The position numbers and the translations under genes were made by a program. A stretch of DNA of 64,000 nt from Octopus sinensis (Eukaryota), in contig NC_043001.1 in NCBI RefSeq assembly GCF_006345805.1, forward strand, positions 29,264,001 to 29,328,000, written 5' to 3'. Positions 39,802 to 49,697 of the stretch are shown here, piece after piece; the stretch's first letter is position 1; every line of letters begins with the position of its first letter. The notes below the pieces were generated by a model, which did not search any database, was not told the DNA's origin, and saw nothing but the letters and a program-made list of their open reading frames with translations.

Positions 39802-39904
39802 ATTCGTGGCCATAATGTAGCTAAATTGGATCCTTTAGGAATTGCTTCTGCAGATTTAGATTCTGAGACTCCACCAGAGCTAATTCTGACAAACTATGGA
39901 TTGG
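39802..39904 (+). CDS. OGDH: OGDH exon 3A, mutually exclusive ([34 protein letters not shown])
   Basis: Acceptor ctttccttttcaaacag, donor TGG|gtatgt, 103 nt, phase 0-1. IRGH..A.LDPLG motif present; joins exon 4 in frame (G+AT = Asp). Confidence 0.94.
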
Positions 39905-40379
39905 GTATGTATTGAGAGCCACTGTAGGATATGTAACAATTTTTTTGGTTACAATTTTCAAATGTTTCTTTTTTACATTACTTCCACATTGAATTCTTCA
40001 ACTGATACTGCTGTAAAAAAAAAAAATTGTTGCAATATATTCCAAATGAAAATATCGCTGATGATAATTTCAAATATTGTTTTATGCATTTGAATAATAA
40101 TAATAATAATAGTAATCATCATTATTTAATGATGATGATGATAAAATAATCATGCTGGCATGAGCTGGACTGTTTGACAGGATCCAACATGTGTGTTTGT
40201 AGAGTGAGAGCTGTATGGTGGTGGAGAAATAGAAATAATTTGGTGGCTCAGAGGGATAATCGGTGTAAAATGTGGGTAGAGATAATAGTTTAAGGATGAA
40301 GAATGGATATCAAATGAAATGGTTAGAGAGATGATGGGCTGTGAGGGTATCTTGAGGAAGATGTTGGGCAAAGGGCCCA

Positions 40380-40692
40380 GTTGTGCATAAACTGGCACTC
40401 TGCTATGGTGATGAGAGTTCCAGTTGATCCAATCAATGGAACAGGCTGAAATTAATGTGCAAGTGGCCGATCTCTCCTTGGATATGCAAACCCTTAACAC
40501 ACTTCTCACAGAGATTCAGTGTAACAAGGCTGGCCATTTGAATTACAGGTACAATTAAATTTTTGCTAGCTGGATGGACTGGAGCAATGTGAAATAATGT
40601 GTCTGGCTCAAGGACACAATGCACTGCCAGGAATCAAACTCACTACCTTTATGATCATGAGACAAACACTCTAACCACTAAGCCATATGCCT
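40380..40692 (-). mobile_element. tRNA-derived SINE
   Basis: Reverse tRNA head (ggaatcaaactcac..ctctaaccactaagccatatgcc) and tgtctggctcaaggacacaa box. Confidence 0.65.
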
Positions 40693-40694
40693 TC

Positions 40695-41110
40695 AGAACT
40701 TAGTTTTGCAGACTTGGGTGGGTCTTCTTGAGACCTGCATATCAACACTCGTCCCAGACCTTTGTCTTCATTCTCTGTCTTCCTGGATTCTTCTTGGCTC
40801 TCCCTTTTCTGTGAACTCTGATCCTCATATTGCATGACATTTGCAATTCTCTTCCTTTCTGCCTCACCTTTAACCAAGTATACTTGTCACCTAGCTGTCC
40901 TTTTAGCCATTTGGTAATGCTTCTTGCTACCATGTTCCTTCTAGGTTTTCCAAGCCTGTCTCTTACCCCTTATGAATCGCGTAACAGAAATAGGATATGC
41001 TCTATATTGCAGGAAATATGAGTTTTGTATCCCACCATTCCTTTATTAGAGGACAGTCTTTTTCCTGGTTGGTAGTAGAATTTAAATGTCTTCTGTGCAG
41101 TGCCCAAGCG
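40695..41110 (-). mobile_element. RTE EN-RT linker fragment
   Basis: KGEAERKRIANVMQYEDQ matches the corresponding region near 15840. Confidence 0.55.
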
Positions 41111-41450
41111 GGGTCTTGTTTTATATAAGGGATCATATTCTCCCTCATGTACTGTTACACTGATATCTTGTATATGTAAATATCAACAAAACTTTTAAAA
41201 ATTACATTCTGGTTTTGATACTGGAGATACAAAGGCTCACTGATGGTTTCTGTTGTTGATAATCCTGGATAGCTTCTTTATTCTCATTGTTATATTTACT
41301 ACAAAAATACTGAATTTGGTTCAGATATTAAAGATATTTAAAAGTCTGTTTAGATTTTACCTATAGGTTTCTTCCAAGAAGTTTCAAAGAGAAATTCTAT
41401 CCTATCTGTTATAGGAGGCACAAGCACTTTCACACACATGCATACATATG

Positions 41451-41595
41451 ATGGAAACTTCTGCCTACCAAATTCTCTCAACAAGGCTTCAGTTGACCCG
41501 AGGCTATAGTAGAAGACACTTGCCCAAGGTACCATATAGTGGGACTGAATCCCAAACCATGTCATTGAGAAACAAGCTTCCTAACCACGCAGCCT
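41451..41595 (-). mobile_element. SINE 5' half (tRNA head + CORE-like box)
   Basis: gaggctatagtagaagacacttgcccaagg...gggactgaa. Confidence 0.7.
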
Positions 41596-43110
41596 ATTTA
41601 AACATTTTTAACTCCATTGTGTTTCCAGAATAAATTCAGTTTTGCTGCCATAACTGCTATCATTATTGGAAATAGAAATATTTCATTCCTTTTTTCCAAC
41701 ATGTTTTTCATTTGAATATCCTTTAAATTTGTTGTTACTTCTGAATGTGAAGCTGGTATCTTATTGTTTCAAATATGGAAAAAAGTTTTTGAATAGATAA
41801 CAATGTCAGAAGAAATATTTAAAAAAAATTCAGAATTTTTATGTTTCTATCTGTGACAGGCTTTCCATCCTTACCACTGCCTCTTTAAAAATAAACTTGA
41901 TTCATTCCCTTTACAGCTACTGTTTAAGACAATCCTAATCTGAGACTGTTGTCACTATATATGTATATGTTTCACGAGTACATATATCTGAATGTATGTA
42001 TGTGTGTGTATTTGTACAGACATACACACACACATTGCCAATGCTCTCTATGGTTATTGCTGTGTATCCTCTTTTGTCCACCTATTAGTGCTAGCTAGGC
42101 AGTTCCCATCACCTATGCTTGACCCTGATCGTGACAATCCATCCAAATCATGACAGCTTAGAAAGTGAACATACAGTAATGGTGTTGCACAGCAAGTGTC
42201 TATCTAGTTAAATTAGTATAATAACAATTTTTATGTTAATATGAATAAGTATTTACGTGCAGTATCAAACAGGTTGGTAATTTAGGACGGTGAAAAATTT
42301 TGGACACTGTCATATGTGAAAGTGTTAAGTAGTAATGTACGAAATTGATTATTGCCAATTTTGGTTTTACGTTCATATTGATCTATTCATAGGATTACAG
42401 TTAACTTCTACGAGTTAATGGCAGTCCTTTGAAATTTTTGGTTGATATTAACAACTATGCATATCGAGTTTATAAACTTTATATATTTTCATTTGGAAGA
42501 TTTTGTTTCACTGTAGTAAACAGTGCAAGAATTCATACAATGTAATGTAAGTTGTTTAACAAATAGTTTTATTCCAGGGAATAATGAAGGCTAAATAAAA
42601 GATCCTACCACCTATTTACAAAAATTTTGATTTGTAAAGATATTTTTTGTAATTTCACATTCACAGCTTGAAATAATGGTTAAGTAAAACTTGATGAAAC
42701 TGTTAACTAGTAATTGACTCCAAATATATATTACTTTTATGCTAAAGTTACTTCTATTTAAATTTTTTTTTCTTCTACGCAGCTTCATCATCATCATGAA
42801 GTAAGCTGCGTAGAAGCAGAAAAAAAAAACATTAATTTTTTTACTGAAGGAATTTGTATAAAAAATTATTGAAATGTTATAATCAAAAATTTAATAATAG
42901 GTAGTAATATCTTTTATACACACGTATATTTGTGCATGTGTGTTTCAGGCCTACAATTATACAAACACTAATTATTTGTTTTTCTTTCAGTGCTTTGGAG
43001 AAATTCGTTTTGCATCTGACAGTTGAGATGAGTTTTCAGGGATCTGGATCGGTACTTTCATTCACTACTAGTTCCTAATTTGTGTCTTTTTTTGGTTTCT
43101 CTCACACTAG

Positions 43111-43210
43111 ATCCGCGGTCATGAGCTAGCTGCAGTTGATCCACTTGGCTTAGATCAGCGCTCAGATGGTTCATCTATGTCCGAGATTTTAATCAACCAT
43201 TACGACCTTG
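43111..43210 (+). CDS. OGDH: OGDH exon 3B, mutually exclusive paralogue of 3A (IRGHELAAVDPLGLDQRSDGSSMSEILINHYDL)
   Basis: Branch-like cctaat at about 43075, pyrimidine tract, acceptor cactag, donor TTG|gtaagg. 100 nt, phase 0-1 as in 3A; IRGH...DPLG motif retained. Confidence 0.9.
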
Positions 43211-45970
43211 GTAAGGCTAGGTGTCTGATGCTGCTACTGGTATAATTCTACTTGTCAATGTTGTCACCAGTTTTCTAAGTCTTAATATTTCATTATTCTA
43301 TTCTTTTGCTAATGAAAAGATATTCTGTTTTCTCATTTTCTTTCTCTCTGTTTTAATTTCCTCTGTTCTTTCATTCTTTAAATTTGGTTGGTTTTGTGCT
43401 TATCTTCTTACATGTAACTTCTATAATTTTTTAACTAATTCATTTGATCACATCATCCCTCTCCTTCATAAAGTAGTCTGAATTTTTTTGTCAAAGTCTA
43501 TTGTTCACATTACTAGATTTACTAGACTTCAGAGTATCACTGGAAACAATATTCCATTTTATTAATTACTGAGCATTTTGTTAATTTCGGAAATGTTAGT
43601 GACATTGAAATAGATAATTGTTGGCAGTTGCACTATGTCTTTTGGTGTTCCCCTTCCCATTTCCTTCTTAATGAAGCATATTATTGTTTCCTGAACATTC
43701 ATATTCTTATCACAGTCTATTTCAGTCCTTCCAACACTTTTTTCGGTCCAGTTGTTGCAAAATAGCTTAAATCTTGCAACAGTACTTTAAATTAATTACT
43801 TTGGTTTCTCATTTAAGTCCTGTAGGAAAATTTTGTATTGCGTGTGCTTGTGTATTTGTGCGCATAGACGTTATAATTTTGGCAGTAGTTTAATGCTTAC
43901 TAAACATTTTGATTTGTTTTTCTAAACTTTAAGTGGATATTTATTTATTTTTTATATTTGTTCAGCTCAGGAGTTTTTCACATCAGTATCTGCTTTTTTG
44001 TTAAATTAGTAAAATTGCCATGATTTCACACTTTAATATGTGCACACAATCAAGTGTGTGCATGCATAGTCTTTTCAGAAGTTGTTTTGTTTTGGTTTTC
44101 CTTGAAAATGAGAATCGGAGTATATTTTTAGAGCATGTTACTGCAATTATTTTAGCATGTTGCTTCATTTACATGTGTTCTTTATTGATATGAGTAAGTT
44201 GATTTGCTCATAACTACTTTGTTTAGATGTGTATATTATGTATTCATGTTCTAGCTAAATTTATCTTTTTTTTTTCCTGTAACGTGTTTTATGTGTAATG
44301 CAAGTAACGCTACTAGTGTACCAATGCCTTCAATAATCGTATGTTGTTGATAAAATAAAGTTTAACTAGTTATTGCACATTTTTCATAGCTTCCCAATCA
44401 AGGCTACTCTGAGGTTCAGCAACAATTTGAATTTTAACCTACAGTTTGTTGGTTATTAAATTTATTAAAAGTAAAGTTGTTACTTAGCCCCAGGTTAATG
44501 TTGATTGAGTAGCAACAAAAGTTGTGCTTGTAAGATCTTGCAGAAACTCATGGCTTCAGTTTGCAAATCATTTTATGCTTAAGAAGCACTGACAGTTTTG
44601 ATGGATTTTCATGTGTGACAAATCTTACATGTAAATTACTTGAAATCTTGTGTATGTTTTCTGTTGTAAAGCTGTTAGTCTGTATTATGAATGCAAGTTA
44701 AAGTTTATGTTGCTGATCCAACTGAAAAGAAATAATAAATAAAATTCAGCAGTTGCCTAATTTTAGTTTTTGATTTTTGTGATCTAGGTTCTTTTTTTTC
44801 TTTTTCTTACACCAATGACCTACCTACATGCTTGAAAATTTTAAAATTTATGCATTATTTTGACTATTAAAGAAAAAAATTGGCCTTTCTGATAAGGCAG
44901 TAGTTACTGACAGTCTTTTATCTTTTGAATGTGTGATAAAAACAGAAACGAAAGAAAAAAACAGGAAATGATTTTATCACGTTGAAACTAAATAGCAATT
45001 AAATTACTAGCTTTATACAGTTTGGTCTCAAGTTATTTGAAAGTTTTTGGCTCTCAGTCAACAGATTTTTGGCTTTTTGGTTTGTGTGTGTGTTGCTGGT
45101 TTGGTGGAGAAAGTGCTTGTACTCATAGCCTTCCCACAGTCCCTCAGGACCTGTGATACTGAGACAGTAAAGGTTCCTTCTGTTGAACAGCAAGTTGATG
45201 GCTGCTAGAAAAACATGGGCTGGAAAGAATGTCCTGGAGGGAAGGGATTGGGTGAAGTAGTTAGTAGGGAGCCTAGTGTGCTGGGTACAATATAGATGAT
45301 GGGAGATGAGTGAATTGGAAGTGTTTTAGTAGAGTTCACAGGGGATCAACCAGCTTTCAGGAGTATATACCACTATAAGTGGTAGAAAAACAGAAAGAGC
45401 TCATTCATGAGTCAGAGGTTTCTGTTATGATTTTTCTGTGAGTTGACATACCTTTTTGCATTTATTTCACTGAGCAGAACCCCAAATGTAGTGTTAGTAC
45501 TCTAATGCTTCACTCTTTCATTGCTATATTTCTAACTAAAGTGTGGTTTAATTAAATTCTAGTAAGTAGGATGCTTTGATGGCATAGCTATACTTAAAAA
45601 AAAAATTATTAACCTACCAGAGTTGTTTGAGACACAATTTAAAAGGTTCGTTAATCTATTATTGAAATTTTACTTCAAAAATGCAGGTAAGTACAGGTTA
45701 AAAATCTGTAAAATGTAAAGTTAGACTTTCTTAAAGTATCACCAGAATGTGAGCTGGCAGAATCATTACACCATGTGACAAATTGGTTGGCAGCATTTTG
45801 TCCAACTGCTTATATTCTGAGTCAAAAATTTGCCTCAGCAGAATTTCATCTCTAGGCAGTGCTCCAGCATGGCCGTAGTCAAATGACTGAAGTGAATAAA
45901 AGAATATAAACAGTTATCAATAAACATATATATTGCTAAAATATTATGTATATACACTTTATATGTATAT

Positions 45971-46210
45971 CATCATCATCATCATCGTTTAACGTCCGTT
46001 TTCCGCGCTAGCACGGGTTGGACGGTTTCGACCGGGGTCTGGGGAGCTCGGGACTGCCCCAGGCTCCAGTCTAGTCTGGCAGTGTTTCTACAGTTGGATG
46101 CCCTTCCTAACGCCAACCACTCCGCGAGTGTAGTGGGTGCTTTTTACGTGCCACCTGCACAGGTGCCAGAGGGGTCTGGCATCGGCCACGTTCGGATGGT
46201 GCTTTTTATG
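45971..46210 (-). mobile_element. Young RTE 3' end (CpGs retained)
   Basis: (CAT)n cgtttaacgtccgttttccgcgctagcacgggttggacgg... Confidence 0.85.
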
Positions 46211-46468
46211 TGTGTGGGGGGGGGTGCAGAAATATAGGGGAGCACCAGTGGGGAGGGGTGGTTCAGAGAAATGATGACAGGTTCTAGGCAAGTAGAATGT
46301 AGGATATCGAGAGAGGGGTAATGCATGGTGAAATAGCGTATTGAAGAGGGGGGTTCGAAGAGTAGACACCTATAATGGTGGTGGGAGAAGCGACATCCGG
46401 TATAGATGGAGCAAAATATAGAGATATCCGGTATTGGTAGTGGGGGTGGGAGGGCGGGCGCACCGCGC

Positions 46469-46982
46469 ATTGGGAGATGAGGTTTTAGGCGGCAGAAAGA
46501 AGACAGGATTGAGATGAAATGCTTTGCGGTGGTGTGAATAAGTTTTTGTGAGTGAAAGTTTTTATGCTTCAGCTAGCATTTGAGACGAAAGACAACGATA
46601 ACGCTATTAGATGGGGATACAATAATAATAAGGCTTGCAAAAACAATGAAAAGAGGAAACAGGTCGGGAACTTTGCTGATGTTTTTTCATCCTGCGGAAG
46701 CGAGTGAAGGTGAGATATATACCGAGAGAGAGAGAGAGAGAGACAATGAAAACAGAGGGAGAACCGACACCACATAGCGAGAGAGAGAATTGGGAGATGA
46801 GGTTTTAGGCGGCAGAAAGAAGACAGGGTTGAGATGAAATGCTTTGCGGTGGTGTGAATAAGTTTTTGTGAGTGAAAGTTTTTATGCTTCAGCTAGCATT
46901 TGAGACGAAAGACAACGATAACGCTATTAGATGGGGATACAATAATAATAAGGCTTGCAAAAACAATGAAAAGAGGAAACAG
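46469..46982. repeat. 194-bp direct duplication (46469-46662 and 46789-46982)
   Basis: Period 320; one mismatch seen (agacaggatt vs agacagggtt). Confidence 0.9.
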
Positions 46983-47009
46983 ATATATATATATATATAT
47001 ATATATATA

Positions 47010-48440
47010 TCTTATTATAAAAGGCAGATTTTATCTGCCTCCCTTTTGGAGTTATAGAAATCTACAATATAGGATTTCTTCAATTACAATTTACCTAGCA
47101 TTTTTAAGAGTAGAATGCATCGGGTCATGTCAGGTCCAGTTTTTAAAATTTAAACTCCAATTAAGCAAAATTTACAGAAAACTCACATTCTGGTGTGTGT
47201 GTCAAATGCTTTTCTTAATGTGGTTTACACCACACGCACACACACAGTGTGCAACGAATAAAATGAAAGTAAATAGCGACAGAGTGATTTGAGGAAGACT
47301 AAACTGAAAGTATTTAAACCACTACTCAAAAATAAAAAAACACAGCAAACAGAAACAAATAAATACATAACGATTTACTCCTCACACAATTTCTTCAATT
47401 AGAGTGTACCCATGATTTTTCAGAGTACTTCAGTGGGTGATGCCATAAAAAATTTCTTTCAATTTTACCACCAATTAAGACAAAATTCGAGAAAACTCAA
47501 TATTTTAACATTTCACTCCGAAAGCATTGATGTACATGTGTGCGTGCGTGAGTGTGTGTGTGTGTGTGTGTGTTTGATGGGTTGTGCGACACAGAAAGTG
47601 TGGTGTGTAAGTGAAGTGCTTTTGTTAGTGTGTGTAAAGAGACAGACAGAGTGAAAGACAGAAATAAGCGCGCGTAATTGAAAGTTTTCACTATGATATC
47701 ATCACGTGCGAAAAAATTCGAAGGGTTTTGAACAATTGAGATACAGATGTCACGCCTGTATTGAAACCATTGCTAAGCTGCCATAATTGCTTAATTAAGA
47801 CTTTGTTTAAATTGAAAGGGGCAAATATGTGACGAGGTTGAAAAAAAATACCCCAGAAAAAAAAAATGTACTGCTGGTATTTATATAATTCACTACTATT
47901 TTGCTACAATGTCGTGAAAAAGAAAAAATTTAGATATGTAAATCGAATTCGCCACCCCCTTTTCCCCATTCGCGTTTGTGTAAAAAAAATTATTATTTAA
48001 GTTTTAAAAATTATTTACTTTGTTCAAAAAATATTAATATTAATTAATTTTCAAGAATTATTTAATTTTATTCTGTAAAATAGTAATTAATTCCGCGAGG
48101 TTGTTATTCAGGCACCTAGAATGGTAACCTTCAACTAACACTATCTCCTCTGAGACCCTGCGGCGCAAGTTGACCAAAATTGAGAGTATGGTAGAAGAAG
48201 GGTTGCTCTTCCTTCCGTAGAACATAAAATTCAAATCGGACCATGTTAACACCAAAAATTATTTACATCAAAAAGATGCTTTTTTCTATGAAAATCCCTA
48301 TTTTTTACGATTTTTTCACTGCTGTGTCGCCACTTTTTGGTGTATTTCGACCAGAAAAATGTTCACAAAATTTTTACTTTTCAAAATTACAATTCCAGCG
48401 GGTCGAAACAAACCCGAGCAACGCCGGGCGATACTGCTAG
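47010..48440 (+). mobile_element. Complete non-autonomous Helitron (1431 bp)
   Basis: Lies between A and T inside (AT)n. 5' TC (tcttattataaaagg), 3' GC-rich hairpin cccgagcaacgccggg (48413-48428) 8 nt before terminal CTAG, no TSD. Confidence 0.8.
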
Positions 48441-48531
48441 TATATATATATATATGTGTGTATATATATATACATACATATATATATATATATATATGTG
48501 TGTGTATATATATATACATACATATACATAC

Positions 48532-48569
<38 letters not shown>

Positions 48570-48640
48570 TATATATATATGGTATATATATATACATACA
48601 TATACATACATATACATATTATATATATATATATATATAT
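48441..48640. repeat. Compound (TA)n/(TACA)n microsatellite
   Basis: Directly visible; source of several spurious Y/I-rich ORFs. Confidence 0.95.
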
Positions 48641-48890
48641 CATCATCATCATCGTTTAACGTCCGTTCTCCATGCTAGTATGGGTTGGACGGTTCAACCG
48701 GGGATCTGGGAAACCAGAAGGCTGCACCAGGCTCCAGTCTTATCTGGCAATGTTTCTACAGCTGGATGCCCTTCCTAACGCCAACCACTCCGTGAGTGTA
48801 GTGGGTGCTTTTTACGTGCCACCCGCACAGGTGCCAGGCGAGGCTGGCAATGGCCACGGTCGGATTGGTGCATTTTACGTCCCACCGGCA
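48641..48890 (-). mobile_element. RTE 3' end
   Basis: Same family as 45971-46210. Confidence 0.85.
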
Positions 48891-49060
48891 TATCATTCAT
48901 ATCATTCATATATATGTATATATATGCATATATATGCATATCATTCATATATATTCATATATATGCATATATGCATATACATATGCATATATATTCATAT
49001 ATATGCATATATGCATATACATATGCATATATATGCATATCATTCATATATATGTATAAG
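48891..49060. repeat. Low-complexity tandem repeat (atatatgcat / atatcattcat units)
   Basis: Directly visible. Confidence 0.85.
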
Positions 49061-49360
49061 TACATGCGCATGTGTGTGTGTGAGTTACCATCTCTTTACC
49101 TTGATATTGTGTGATATTGTAAACAAGTGTCACTGTCCTGCAAGCAGTGTCCTTCCATGAAAAATATTTCTGGCCATGGAGAATATTACCTTCCTTGGAA
49201 ATAGGTGAGGATTGGTGACAGAGAGGAGCATCCAGCCATAGAAAATGCACCTCAACAAATTCCATTCAAGCCATGTGAGCATGGAAAAGTGGATGTTGAA
49301 ATGATGATCATCATCATCATTATCGTCAACTATTATGTATCAATAACATACTAGAGGATT

Positions 49361-49697
49361 CTTTTATTTGTTTCAGTCATTTGACTGTGGCCAGGCCGGA
49401 GCACCACTTTTAGTCAAATCAATCCCAGGACTTATTCTTTGTAAGCCTAGTACTTATTCTACATACCAACATCAGTTGTCAAGAGATGGTGGGGGGACAA
49501 ACACAGATACATAAACACACACACACACACACACACATATACAGTGGGGTTCTTTCAGTTTCCATCTTCCAAATCCACTCACAAGGCTTTGGTTGGCCCA
49601 AGGTTATAGTAGAACACACTTGCCCAAGGTGTCACACTGTGGGACTGAACCCAGAACCATGTGGTTCGTAAGCAAGCTACTTTACTACACACCCATT
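49361..49697 (-). mobile_element. Near full-length tRNA-derived SINE
   Basis: Same family as 3062-3420: CORE-like acacttgcccaagg box, (CA)n middle. Confidence 0.8.

Noticed and set aside
39998-43026. Possible docking/selector pairing, tcaactg (39998-40004) with cagttga (43020-26)
   Set aside because: Only 7-9 bp, expected by chance over this distance.
48316-49160. Several 70-160 aa ORFs rich in Y/I/H/C/M (also 541-909)
   Set aside because: They are translations of TA/TACA/TG microsatellites and repeat tails.
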